From Nitrospirota bacterium (GTDB lineage: Bacteria > Nitrospirota > JACRHJ01), in the NCBI GenBank assembly GCA_963733375.1, contig CAVTDB010000003.1:128001-192000 (forward strand): a stretch of DNA of 64,000 bases, read 5' to 3'. Both the position numbers and the translations under genes were made by a program. Of this stretch, positions 20,101-31,081 are shown piece after piece (within the stretch, counting starts at the first letter, position 1; each line of letters starts with the position of its first letter). The notes under the pieces are model-generated. The model made no database searches, was not told where the DNA came from, and saw only the letters and a list, made by a program, of their open reading frames with translations.

Positions 20101-21968
20101 TGAATGAGGCTGATAAACCGGTTTAGCAATTGTGCCAGTATTCGGCAATCGATGGAGTATTCGTTTGGCGACTGTGAAATTGCAGCTGCCGCCAGAAAAG
20201 GATCGCGCTCAACAATATCCAGAAGCATGGAAGAAGGATTTCCCAAGTTTAGTAGGGTGTATATAACTTCATCATAGGGTCTTAAAATGCGTCTTCCGTT
20301 TTCAATTAGCGGTTCTCGAATTAAGGCACCTAATTGTTCCGAATGCGTAAGGTAATACTCTGCTGCGAAATATTCAAGTAATAGAGGATGGGCGAACTTC
20401 AGAAAACGACCCTCTTTCACTAATACGATAAAATCAGCACCACGGCCAAGTCTGACAAGAGCATTACCGTCAATCCCATTTGGTAAATATCTTTCTATGT
20501 ATTTCGTTTCAACCATCTGAGACGTTCTATTATGGAGCATGGCAACTGCTAATGCTCCGAAACCATCAATAGCAGTAGATAACTGATGGTACCTCATTTC
20601 TTTACGTAATTGTTTTTGTTCCCGGTCGTATAATTCAGAAGCAAAAGATCGGATAAGTTCTCCCCGAGTTGGCGGTATTCGTTCATCTTTATTATAAATA
20701 AGACACATCACTTGCAATAAAAAAGGATTCCGGGCCATATGGACCAGGTCGCGAGGCGCAGCATCAAGTCGGCACTCCCATCCAATTTCATGAAGAAGCC
20801 CCTTGTTTCGATCGCCTAGTCGCTCTAGCACGAACTTTTCGACAGCTTTGTCATTCATAGGGAGGACATTTACTATCGGCAAACCTAGATGTCCAGTTTC
20901 CTCCCGTGAAGTTATGACTACAGAGGTTCCTGGGTGCCTGGAAAGCCATACTGCGATTGATTCAATCTGGATAGCGGCATATTCTGAATCCATTTGACTT
21001 AATCCATCAAGCAATAGCAACAACGATTCAGGAAACACAGGAGTGCCTATTTGATTAAGGGTCTCATTATGGATCAAGGTGGCAAGATCTATGACGTTAT
21101 CTGGCCATGCTTGAAGTTCAATAAAAAGCGGTATTGATGTTGTGGTACCAGCCAAATATCGATGAGCGGTGTCATTTAAAATGTGCTTTAGGACTGCTGT
21201 TTTCCCGCATCCTGGCCTGCCTACGATGACAAATTGTCGGTGGAATGCCACCGCGTTCTCTACTTGTAACAGTGAGATGGCCTTTGGAATTTGTGGCGCA
21301 ATCTGTTCCATGGTATTAACGTATGACGGCCACAAAAAGTCCGAACAGTCATCGCGGTCCTTAATCTCTGTTATGTGAGTACCTCCACTGAGATGAACAT
21401 AGTACTTTTCGAACTTATTGTTCGTGTACGTAGATTTAATTTTTTCTAAATATTTTTGAACAGGGGATTCCGGTTGCGATGGTTTTTTGACGTTTTGCCT
21501 ATCATTCTTCCACTTGAGAATGCTATCAGATATTAAGCCAAGGAGCTCATCTTTATTATTAAATGTACGAGCTCGAAGATCAAGAAGCCTCATCCTAAAA
21601 TCGTCGATCAGTACTCCACGTTCATTATCTCCAGTAGAATGATCGGTAAGACTCCGGGGCCATAAAGGATCGTCGAGCACAAACATATGCCGTTCAATTC
21701 CTTTATTCCCGGCCTCTTCATATTCCAATTCTGTGATAGATTTGGTTTCACCTTTAAAAATATGTCCGTAACGATAAGCGATAATACCTATAAATAGGTC
21801 GCACTCGCGTATATCCCCCAGGCATTTCTCAAGATGCCTCGTTTCCTCAGCACAATAATATTCCATCGCAACGTCATCGAGATTTAATCTTTTTAACTTA
21901 TCCCGCACGGCGCTACGGATATTTTTGAGGTCATCGAACGTTGCGGAAACATAAACCTTTTCAGGCAC
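17160..21968 (-). CDS. NLR-like protein: DUF4062 (TIR-like) + NACHT/STAND NTPase + HEAT + Trp-rich repeats
   Basis: KVYVSATFDDL...RYG...SITELEY (DUF4062); Walker A GRPGCGKT, Walker B LLLLDGL, NPFLL, FAHPLLLEYFAA; ~22 C-terminal 35-aa repeats. Confidence 0.88.
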   Translation of the reverse strand: MPEKVYVSATFDDLKNIRSAVRDKLKRLNLDDVAMEYYCAEETRHLEKCLGDIRECDLFIGIIAYRYGHIFKGETKSITELEYEEAGNKGIERHMFVLDDPLWPRSLTDHSTGDNERGVLIDDFRMRLLDLRARTFNNKDELLGLISDSILKWKNDRQNVKKPSQPESPVQKYLEKIKSTYTNNKFEKYYVHLSGGTHITEIKDRDDCSDFLWPSYVNTMEQIAPQIPKAISLLQVENAVAFHRQFVIVGRPGCGKTAVLKHILNDTAHRYLAGTTTSIPLFIELQAWPDNVIDLATLIHNETLNQIGTPVFPESLLLLLDGLSQMDSEYAAIQIESIAVWLSRHPGTSVVITSREETGHLGLPIVNVLPMNDKAVEKFVLERLGDRNKGLLHEIGWECRLDAAPRDLVHMARNPFLLQVMCLIYNKDERIPPTRGELIRSFASELYDREQKQLRKEMRYHQLSTAIDGFGALAVAMLHNRTSQMVETKYIERYLPNGIDGNALVRLGRGADFIVLVKEGRFLKFAHPLLLEYFAAEYYLTHSEQLGALIREPLIENGRRILRPYDEVIYTLLNLGNPSSMLLDIVERDPFLAAAAISQSPNEYSIDCRILAQLLNRFISLIQGGSQNCPAALSGMVQLGNMIVSQLLLLQKSNLHWMRRIALTALSQIPGRDALEGVINSLLDSNRWIRRDAQNALQSLDKESRPLMIAFIERLSKMEPGLRKQLSRALIECWRGIDDELVELVSINADIPINELFRTVEPTYCMSEDDGIDEQTSEELGKWGLTWRQSWNGNPGEQGLETSGRRWLKGGPREHPAWGLVWTALWAWKPGDSDLEAIGRRWLAEQPVTNGSWTYLWVALWVQHPGNSELEQMGRNWINNVPAGHQAWTLIWRYLWQVDPKDPDLERLGIQWLQQNVLQFEHFWGVIWLSLWEVNVGDCVLAEQGRRWLEIAKPDHIGWGYIWPKLWEADPGNSVLQTMAREWLGHVKIVQVNFNFIWGPLFKSNPADIGLKDLGFKLLNEITAKNDSWGYIWKALAESSDADEELISRGQSWLKIAALENKSWAAVWITLWNKKRGDSVLLEQAINWIENAPASQAGWHTIWMQLRKFCKNDGRIDRIGLNWLSVAPPFHGGWSYVWMELHTASPGDNGLIIIGRTWLDRVPILHRGWSQIWQVIYATSPFDEQLKQKGFVWLKRARLEDKHWPYVWRTLWNRTPGDQNLENEARSWLASSITQRPGWGYVWTVLFTYFPRDRQLFQLGLEWLDNAASCSYKVASGDMQWIQLWKRLSEGDCWDTDLLATTERYLRFYMIFDNNWLDVWSRLAGTGKMPDDIMEAGRKRGFAYLAESSPTEEEALINRIETAPIEENDNWTFLWRQAWDADIERPRLACFAINAIEKAGWIKQLPFIWKDIFDEIGPDEGLMRIGKVWVTGVDSSSPGWGLVWNAMVRARKSDSELLKLGRRWMQHGFFTRSSWPKIWLALWDLDVENHSKLVRHAKEWIYSNLKEDDAVLPVWRAVWAVDSNDENLLRWGINFLALNSKYHEWSEIVLDLWTAQNSRPTLRRMVLSWIKENRQHPKKDTLKRLINVDKAESQAQNENLGI

Positions 21969-22064
21969 TTTGAAAAGCTCCTTTCAGGACCTTACAAGTT
22001 ATAGATTGGAGAAGACGTTCGAGTGCTCCTACTGCCTTCTCTTTTGGGTTCCATGATCGCCTTG

Positions 22065-22226
22065 TGTTGGCCGGCGTGCAATTTTGACCCACCATCGGGC
22101 ATCCTGTTTGACCCAGGCTTAATTTAAATTATAATATTAATAACGACCAGTTGTGACCTTAGAAGGTGGGGCAATGTTGGACGCCGATTACCTTCAAAGT
22201 GGGTCATTATTGCATGCCGATCAACA
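22065..22226 (-). mobile_element. IS21-type MITE, copy F (inverted)
   Basis: TGTTGGCCGGCGTGCAATTTTGACCC...GGGTCATTATTGCATGCCGATCAACA. Confidence 0.88.
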
Positions 22227-22289
22227 AGCCTATGAGCGTAATAGCGAATTGGCCGTGTGCCATTTTTTTAAAGCCGCTGGCAACTATTA

Positions 22290-23873
22290 TTAAACTTGCG
22301 CACCTGCATACCTCAAAATTGCCAGAATTTCTGATTTAACTTTTATTGGTATTTCTGCAGCTTGCGAGATTTCTACATATTTGAAAGTTGTAACATCGAA
22401 TGGTACTTTGTCGTCGGCGTTTACAGGTTCAAAAAGTAAAATAAGGCGATTCTGTTCATGATGCTTTAGGGCGTACCCTATCTCAACATATACATTGGGC
22501 CGGTGACCTGTAAGGTCGCATATGATTATATCCGATGAGGCAATCGCCTCGTACATTTTTTTGTGAATAGGAAAAGTCCCGCCTTCCTCAGTTCCCATAT
22601 CCTCCAAATCGAGTTTTATACGATTCTCTCTCTCAATAGCAGCAAGTGTTTCTTTGAGTTGCTCAAGCCTTCTTTCTGCTCTATTATAAGCTCCATTCGG
22701 CGCATCAACAGGAGGATACCATCGTGCTAGGAAGACTTTCTTCGGTATTTTAAGTTGTGCGGCCTTGAATGTTTCAAGAAGCTGCTGAGCGGGCGATACA
22801 GGGCTGAGGAGGTTCGTTATTCCTTGCGAGCCGAGCCAGTTTCCTATGCGATTAAGATAATCGACCGACCACCTTATTTTAGTTTCATGGTCTCCACCGC
22901 TTGCCTCTCGCCAGACTCGTGCCGCTAGCTCTAAAAAAGAATACGTTTTACAGAGTGATGGATGTTCCGCCGTGAGGCGAGTGAGTATATCGGAAAGTCC
23001 TGCAAATAGATCCTCAGAAAATATCGTCATCTTTTCTCGTGACTCAGTGATACTCTCATCCAGCTTTATTAGATTGCTGGCAGCTTCCGACAAAGCTGTT
23101 AACGGACGTTCTCCAAACCGTTCTCGGGCAGGTTGAGGTAAATGTTGCAGACGCTCAGACAGTAGTCTGGTTAAATGTAATTCGGGGCTATATGCAAACT
23201 CTCTGTCAGGGGTCATGGAGTGAGTCGGGTCTTGACCAAGTAGAAGTCTCAAGCCATGTTCTGATTCAAGCGGTAACGCTTTACTGTTGATAGTATGGAA
23301 GATCAGGGACTCAGCAAAATCATCTGCATCGTTATTAGGCGGCTCAAGTAATACTAAGCAAAACGGCGCAAGGTATTTGTTTGGTAATGACATGTCTTCT
23401 TGTAGGTCTTCAGCCTTTGCAAGTCGGTGATTGCCGTCAATTCTTCTAAATAATTTTTCAGCCTTGACTTGATCCAGTTGGCTGCGCCTAACCCAAACAC
23501 GTAGTATTCTAAGATTCCTGCTTGCGTATCGACGATAGATTCCTATAGGACCTTCATCGACAGTTTTTACACCAACAGTTTCATCTTCAATCGTAATAGG
23601 TTCCACATGGCAGCGCACTGAGAGTATAACTTCTGGAATGAAACGACTATCGCTTTTCTCAAGGTACTTTCTTATATCATCTGCGTGCTTCGGATCTAGC
23701 TCTCTCTGATGTCCGGTGACGCGTTGGGGCTGGCCTCCATCTGTCATTAAGTAAGGAACGGATATAGCTGCCAAGTCTCTTAAATCGGCAAAGCCACGTA
23801 TGATGCGGAATATGCCTAACACACCTTCGGCAAAGTAGCCTTCGAATGATATGTATTGTGTTGCCAACGTCAC
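22290..23873 (-). CDS. DGQHR/ParB-like domain fused to a nucleoside 2-deoxyribosyltransferase/TIR-like domain
   Basis: HQRELD, IDGNHRL, IFHTINSKALPL; C-terminal AIASSDIIICDLTGHRPNVYVEIGYA...VPFD. Start overlaps the stop of the S gene. Confidence 0.75.
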   Translation of the reverse strand: MTLATQYISFEGYFAEGVLGIFRIIRGFADLRDLAAISVPYLMTDGGQPQRVTGHQRELDPKHADDIRKYLEKSDSRFIPEVILSVRCHVEPITIEDETVGVKTVDEGPIGIYRRYASRNLRILRVWVRRSQLDQVKAEKLFRRIDGNHRLAKAEDLQEDMSLPNKYLAPFCLVLLEPPNNDADDFAESLIFHTINSKALPLESEHGLRLLLGQDPTHSMTPDREFAYSPELHLTRLLSERLQHLPQPARERFGERPLTALSEAASNLIKLDESITESREKMTIFSEDLFAGLSDILTRLTAEHPSLCKTYSFLELAARVWREASGGDHETKIRWSVDYLNRIGNWLGSQGITNLLSPVSPAQQLLETFKAAQLKIPKKVFLARWYPPVDAPNGAYNRAERRLEQLKETLAAIERENRIKLDLEDMGTEEGGTFPIHKKMYEAIASSDIIICDLTGHRPNVYVEIGYALKHHEQNRLILLFEPVNADDKVPFDVTTFKYVEISQAAEIPIKVKSEILAILRYAGAQV

Positions 23874-25240
23874 GTCTCCTTAACAGGTAACTTTCCAAGT
23901 ATCATTGTCTCTATTTCCTTCTCGATATTTCGCGCCAACAGTTTAGCTGCGTCTTGCTCACGGGCAATCTCTTTTCTGCCCTCGTCAACGCGGCGCATAA
24001 TCTTTCGTTGCTCTTCGACATCCTTTGGCAGTGGTATGCTCAAACTTCGGATTTCTTCGGTGTTGATGTTCGCCTGTCCGATAATTTGTCTGCTCATAGC
24101 ATCTATCTGTTGACGACCAACGGTGGAGTTTAAAACGAATGCAATAAAATCTGGGTCGGCCTTATTAACGTTGGCACGTAGTCGAATCAAGTAAGATGCA
24201 AATACATAATCCCCTACTTCGTGAAACACCGCACATTTTCCAACAAGCTCTTTGCTGTTTGTTCTATTTATTAAGATATCGCCTTCTCTTAAAAGCAAGT
24301 TCACGGTCTCACGTTCGGATAGTTTAATATGCTTCAAGTCTTTTAGATTCAGGGTTCCGCTTACAATGTTGTTCATGCGTATAACTGGCGTACCCTCCCC
24401 GTTGATGTTCGCCTTATCGCTCGTGCCGTATTGAACCATGTCGAGGATAGAGCCAAGCGACACAACGGGGAATCGTCCCTTGGAGATATCGCAGCCTGTT
24501 TGCACTTGCTGGTTAAAGTCAACACCCCAGCGCGGAAAGTCTTTCCACCATACCGATAGCGACTTGGGCAACTGCGCCTGCATTGGTGGCTTTAACCCAA
24601 GGTCTTTATAGAACCTGGCGTCAATGTCCGCTTTTATTTGCTCAACCCTTTTATTGGCGGCTTCTATTTTCCCCTTTGCTTTGTGCCAGTGGTCAACGAT
24701 GGCTTGCTGGACAGAAGGCGGGGGGTAGGGTACTTGAACGGATAATAGGCGCTCCTCGCTTATTTCGCCTTTGCCTATACCACCGGTTTCAATATTAAAT
24801 TGATTCGTGCAATATTGTGAACGCAAAGCCGCCCATAGGAATTCAGTATTAACTTTTGAGGTATCTGGTATTAGCGAACGAAAATGAATCGTGATACCTA
24901 AGTCTGGGCCATCGGGTACTATCCCTATAGCTCTTTTTCTTGCATTTATTTTTGAGACGACAATATCACCCGGAACTGCACGATATTGAACCATTTTTGT
25001 AGCTGTACGCTTACCGGAGAAAACCTTCCCTTCATCAAACGAAATACGATCTAAGAAATTCACTTTCTCGTGTTTTTCCTGTGGCACAATCTCGAAGCGA
25101 ATATTACATACTTGCCCTAACGGTATGGTCGGCCAATGGCACTTATTACTTAATGAGAGGCGAAGTGAGGCAACATCCCAATAAACAAAATTTTGAAATG
25201 TAACCGCAAAAGCTTTTGTATCTATGCTATCCGTTATCAT
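23870..25240 (-). CDS. hsdS: Restriction-modification specificity (S) subunit
   Basis: Two TRDs, each followed by PxPP..Q..IV / IPLP..EEQRKI; GDILINRTNS, FASYLIR, GQANIN. Confidence 0.9.
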   Translation of the reverse strand: MITDSIDTKAFAVTFQNFVYWDVASLRLSLSNKCHWPTIPLGQVCNIRFEIVPQEKHEKVNFLDRISFDEGKVFSGKRTATKMVQYRAVPGDIVVSKINARKRAIGIVPDGPDLGITIHFRSLIPDTSKVNTEFLWAALRSQYCTNQFNIETGGIGKGEISEERLLSVQVPYPPPSVQQAIVDHWHKAKGKIEAANKRVEQIKADIDARFYKDLGLKPPMQAQLPKSLSVWWKDFPRWGVDFNQQVQTGCDISKGRFPVVSLGSILDMVQYGTSDKANINGEGTPVIRMNNIVSGTLNLKDLKHIKLSERETVNLLLREGDILINRTNSKELVGKCAVFHEVGDYVFASYLIRLRANVNKADPDFIAFVLNSTVGRQQIDAMSRQIIGQANINTEEIRSLSIPLPKDVEEQRKIMRRVDEGRKEIAREQDAAKLLARNIEKEIETMILGKLPVKET

Positions 25241-27454
25241 TAGTCTGTCCCTAAAATCAAAAAGGACTCCGGGTTAGCAAGGAACTCACCGTAAAGCTCC
25301 AGACACGTTTTCTCAACGCCCGAAGGCATATTGTTGTTAGGATAAAGTTCGTTCTGGTCGGCTTCACCCGTAGCCGTAATGCCGACCTTCTCCGCGTCGT
25401 ACAGGAAAATCATGTACGGGAACCTCTCCTTCAGGAGCGCCCGGGCTTTGGCTATGATAAGGGCTTCCATCCTCTTCTCATATTCCTTAAGCTCCTTCTG
25501 AGACGCTTTGCGAGACTCGGTATCTCTGGCGTCCTTTGCCGCCTCAATCTCTTTATTTAAACGCCCCCGCTCAGCTTCCATTTCCTTACTGTACTTGCCG
25601 CGTATCTCTTCTTCCGCTACGGTTTTCTTGGACTCGAAATCGGCCTTTTCACTTTCGGTGAATTTCTGCATGAATAATAACGACGCCTTCACGCTGGCCC
25701 CGGATGAGAAGAACGTCTCCTGGGGTAGGCTGACGACGGCTCGGATATAGGCGCGATCCTCACAAAATTCTCGGACGTAAGCAAGAGAAGGGTTATTGAA
25801 GACGCCTTCGGGCAGGACTATCCCCATTCGTCCACCAGGCTTAAGGAGCGAAAGGCAACGCTCGATGAAAAGTATTTCCGTCTTTATATTGCTTGTCGTC
25901 GTCTTTGGCAGTTCGAAAAGCGCGGCTATAGGCTTACCCTTGACAGCCTGCACCCTCGCCTGGGCCTCTTCATAAAGCTCTCCGAACTCAGAGAAGTATC
26001 TATTTGCCATTTCATTTGGAACCTGTATGTCTTCTTCTCTTATAATGTCGGAAGGCTCGACACTTGCGCCAAAGGGCGGGTTGGTCAGTATGATGTCAAA
26101 ACGTCCTTCAAATATTCCGTTCACATTCAGGAAGCCGTCGTGATGATGCACGCCGCCATGCCCGTCGCCATGCATTATCATATTCATCTTGCTCGTCCTA
26201 GCCATTCGGTCGTTGGCGTCCGTGCCATATATGGCTTTATTCGCAAGCTTCCAAAGACGGGAACCAGTTAATGACGGGTCAATCGTCTTTTGTATCTCTT
26301 CGTATTTTTGCCGAAGCGCTTCCGCCTTCTTCTCGTCAGAGAGCTTCTTGTTCTCTAATTGGGCTTTGTACTCCTGGTAAGCTTTGTCCGCGTCTGCAAG
26401 GATCTTCTGCCGTACAACCTCAAAGAAGCGGATAAGGAAGCCGCCAGAACCGCTTGCCGGGTCACATATAACATCTCCTTCCTCTGGCTCCACCATATGA
26501 ACCATAAATTCAACTATGGTTCGAGGGGTAAAAAACTGGCCGATTTCGCCACGGAATGTGCGGCCCAGAAATTTCTCAAAGGCGATACCCTTAATGTCTT
26601 CGCTGGTTTCAGAAAGGTTGTAGCGTTCGAGCCTTCTAACTATTTCATGTCCGGTTGCGGGCTTCAGGTTGATGTGTTCATCCGCATCAAAGATTTTATC
26701 GTTCTTGAAGAATGCCTTAGTGTCTTGGAAAAGTCCGTCCAACGGGTTATCGCCGAACTGCTCATTAAGAACCACGGTGGTGAAGAGGTTCTTGCGCTTA
26801 CGCTTTGCGCGCAGTTCCCTTTCAACAAAGACCTTGACGAACAGTATCTTGGCTATTTCATCGAATGCTGCGGCGGGGTCTTTTTTCTCGCGGTTACGGA
26901 TTACGTTATGGCAGTCCTGGAGGAGCTTTGCAAACTCGTCCTCTTTGAAGATTTTCAATTTGGATAGGAGTTCGTCTATCTCCTTGTCGCTGGCGTCGGC
27001 ATGGGGGATGTTGTCGATCTCTTCCAGCGACTTCGGCATCTTGTCATGCAAGACGCGCCAATACTTGGTTTCCCTGTTGTTGTGGGTTACAAGAAAACGC
27101 GCGTTAGAATAGCGGGCATATGCGTCACCCTGCCGGTAATCCTTATCTGTTATGGTTACGTTATCGGATTTGCACTCCACTACAATCAGAGGACTCTCGT
27201 TTTCGGTTTTGTCCTGAGCGGTACGCCAGATGACAAAATCGGCCCGCGCGTGTGCCGATCCCCTACCTGTTACCTCCTCCTCTTCAGCAATTTGGTTCTA
27301 AGGAAAAACCATATTCTTCGATGAGCACGAGAAGGTATTCTTGACGTACACGTTCTTCCGGCGTCTCGACGAGCCATCTTTGCCGCTTATGGCTCCAAAT
27401 CTTGCCGCCCTTAGTTTGTATTTCCAAAAATGTCTTGGCTTGTTTTTTTTCCAT
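25240..27454 (-). CDS. Fused HsdR_N-type endonuclease + N6-adenine methyltransferase (Type IIB/BcgI-like; frameshift near 27295)
   Basis: TPEERVRQ, RADFVIW, VVECK nuclease motifs; GQFFTPR, DPASGSGGF, TNPPF methyltransferase motifs. Confidence 0.85.
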
Positions 27455-27553
27455 GGAGGTTCCCTGCCAACTCAATAATAAAGGATAGCAGTACAGACGG
27501 TCTTCCTTGTGAGTCAACCCTGCCTATAACCGCTATCCTGCTGAATACGCCTT

Positions 27554-30500
27554 TCAGTTGCCTGATAGATTTGATTTCCGCAGTTCCAAATATCTCAGGT
27601 CGGAATGTAAGGTTTCACTTTTGATTCCTTGTAGAGAAGTCAAGTCAATCTCGTTTAATTCTTTTAGATATTTCTTTTCTAGATCATTGTCGCCAAGTAT
27701 TCGCCAAAGAAATGAGCTATGTCGAAATATTCTTAATAATTGGACTAATTGATTTTCATGTTTCATTAACTTCCAAATAACATTATGACATCTATTAAAT
27801 AAATCTTGGAGCCACTGATAATATAGATGAGTGTATGCTAATGATAATAAATGTCTATCTTCAGAATTAATTTCATTAGTTCTTATTTCTTCTATTAAAA
27901 TCTCTGCTTTAGTGATGATAGCTATAATGTGATTATAATCGTCTTCACGTGTCTGAAGAATTTGCTCAAGAAATCTAAGCTTCTCTTCCGTATTATCTGA
28001 TTTTCTCATTAAATTCAGGAGGGTGTTATTGCTAAGAACAGTGAATCCTTTCTTGCGAGCCTTCTGCTCCAATTGCAACAATTCCTTTTTTGTATCTGCG
28101 CTGGTTTCTTTGCATTCCAATATTATTTCTTTCGCATGCATATAAGCGGCGGATTCTTTTTCTTTCAGTTCCAAAACTTGTTCCGCAAACGATATTGCAG
28201 AAGTTCGTTCGATATTTTTAAGTGCAAGTGCAATATTCAAATACGCTGAAGCTTTCATTTCCTTGTTTAATAATTTTTCGCTATGCCCAAGGACTGATTG
28301 AAGGACTTGCACCGCTTCTTTTCTTTTATGCGTCATTCGAAGAGATTTCCCGTATATAAGGGCTATATCAGTAAACTCTTTTTTTAAATTCTTACCTTCA
28401 ATTAAATGATATATTTCAGCTGAAGCTTTACAGGCATCTTTGAAGCGATCATGATCAAATAATTGACCGCAATAATAAATGGCTAAACTGGCAGCCTGTT
28501 TAGCCGCTAGCTCATCTTTTTTTTGAAGTGCCGCCCAAATTAGATGATAAGCTACCGCATGTTCATTACCAGGGCCAATTGGCATCGCAAACTTCATTCC
28601 TAATTGAGCCATTTTCGTAAGTTTGATTTTACCTTCTCGCCAGTTTGGACCAAAAAGCAAATCTGTTGCTGTATATGTAATATCTGAATATTCTTCTTCT
28701 GTAATTAATGAGCTTACATAATCACGAACCTGCCTTGGTATACGAAGCAATTTAAATGCCTCAGATAAGGTAGCAGAGCCTTCTCTAATATAAAGGTTTC
28801 TGGGCGGGCGATAGAAGAGGCACTATTTCTAATAGCGAAAGCTCGGATAATTCCATAACGTTCCCTGGAAAAAAAGGTTCGGTAGGATAAAAACGCTTAA
28901 TCGTAGCCAATGTTTCTCCATTTGAGAGAACAGTTAGCAGTTTCAAGAGACGATAGCTCCGACGAGAATATCTGTCATTCGATTGAGCGAGGGAAGATAC
29001 GGCTTGTACCAAGGCCTTCGGGACAGGTTCTGCGTCAATTCGCTGTTCTTGCCCCGTTTCAAGCTCTATATCGAGCAATTCGCTGAAGGATATAATTTTA
29101 AGTGATTTTATTATTCGATCCAGATGCATTGGTAAGCCGCCGGAGAGTCTGGAAAGTTGTTCGACACTCTCAGCGTCTTGAAGTTCCATATTAGCTTCAG
29201 GGTGAACAGCCATATAATTACGGACTTCCGGTAAATCCAGCGGTTTTAATTCTACAAAGTCCAAAATTTGTTTAGTGATTTGTCTTGAAACAAGAATAAT
29301 ATAAATGCCCGGACAATAATCTAGGATTGAACTTATGAGTTGTTCAATAACGTTTCCTTTGCCTTCTTCAAAGGTAGATTCTGATAGTTCTGGAGTTATA
29401 TTGTCTAATATTAGTATTGAACAGGGTATGGCCGTATTTATGGCAACAAATTCTTGTAAAGGCAATCGGAATTGATCATCAAAGGCAGATAATAGTTGCT
29501 CAGCAGTGGTTATATCTTCGCATTGGAGGTTATATATATCTAAATAGGAAGATTGACCTTTCAGCCGTTCGAAAACACATCCTATAAATGTTTCTTTACC
29601 TAGACCCCAATCTGAAATTAGCCAAGCATACCGATTTCTACGAAGTAAGGTCTCAAATTGCGACTGGTCTTCCAAGCGGATTGCTCTATGTTGAGGTCCA
29701 ATATTTACTTTCAGTCGTGGTATTCCTTGAAGCTTTGATTTTGCTTTTTCAACGTCAGGGGATTCTTCACTCAATAAAGTTTTAAAACTTTCATTTAATG
29801 CGATTTCTTTTTCTGAGAGCCTCATTTGTAGGAGCTTCTAAGTGTAAAGATAACGATTCAGTTTTTTGTATTTCAGCTTCTGGGGGTTTTTTCGGTTCAA
29901 ACGTCCATACGATTGAATCTGCTTCGTTGAGGTCAAATTGTTGATCTGGACCAATTCGAAGATGGCCCGCATATGTTTGTACTGATATTCTTGGCCAAAG
30001 CTGCAACCTTCCTTCTGTTTCTGTTTTGTTTATTTCTATCCGGCAAGCGGTATACCCATGTATACGTTTTACCCTTTCTCGATATGTTTTCAGTCCAAAT
30101 AAAGAAGGTCCTTGCAAATATCTTCGAATCTCTGCACCACCTTCACTTATGCTCGCGGTGAAAGGTTCATGCATGTGCCCATATAGATGGGCAAAAAACC
30201 TTCCTGGCGGAGAAATTTCTCCTTTAAGACGAGCTTGTGCATTGGGATGCAGCCACTCCGGGCCATGATGAGATATCAATAAAGTAATATCTTTTTCTTT
30301 GCACCAGCTGACCGGATCACCGGAACAGGCATTGTGAATCTGGTTTTCATGTATATCGAGTTGACCTTTGTAATCATCCTTAGTGAGCTGCAAAAAGGCT
30401 GTATTTATACCAATAATCCCAAAACTTGCCCCGCCTATTTCAAGAACGATGGAAAAGTCTCCGGGGAGTAAACCATATTTTATTTCTTTAGGGTGGGGAA

Positions 30501-30942
30501 GAGATAAAGTTTGCAGCCATATTGTGTAATTATAAAAGCATTCATTTATGGTTGCTCTATATTCATTTTTACTAGAGCCCCAAAATTGTTTTCGTAAATC
30601 GGCGTCCTCATGCCAGTGTCTGAAAGCTTTGACCGCAGCATTCTCAGTTGAAGGGCGCAATAAATCATGGTTTCCTGGTACAGTTATCAGCGGCGGCCAG
30701 CTGCCCAAACTTCGGAAATGGGCCCAAATCTTATCCAAGGTTTCTGATAGTTTTTCGAATTCTTCCTTTTTCCCAGAATATGTTAAGTCGCCAGAAAATA
30801 TTACAGCATTCCACGGACCAGTTTGATCATGTAATTTCGATAGGTTTTTAAAAAATTCTTCGCGGTAGGTTGGCCAAAGCCATTCTTGATTTTCAATTCC
30901 AAAGTGCAGATCGGAGAAATGTAGCCAGTTAAAAGTAGCCAT
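27554..30942 (-). CDS. Metallophosphoesterase + degenerate STAND-like NTPase + TPR-like protein (two frameshifts)
   Basis: LHFSDLH, SGDL, PGNHD, HLYGHMH; SDWGLGKET, LILDN, SGGLP; helical TPR-like C-terminus; three abutting ORFs. Confidence 0.72.
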
Positions 30943-31081
30943 TTGTTTTCCCTGAATAAATATATGAAGTCGGTATTAGTTCTTGGGCAAGAAAGAAGCC
31001 ATTTCCAATGAATTTTATTACGCCATATTATGTTTTTAAAGGCAAGTAAATAATCAGAATTCAACTGAGTTTATTAAGGAT

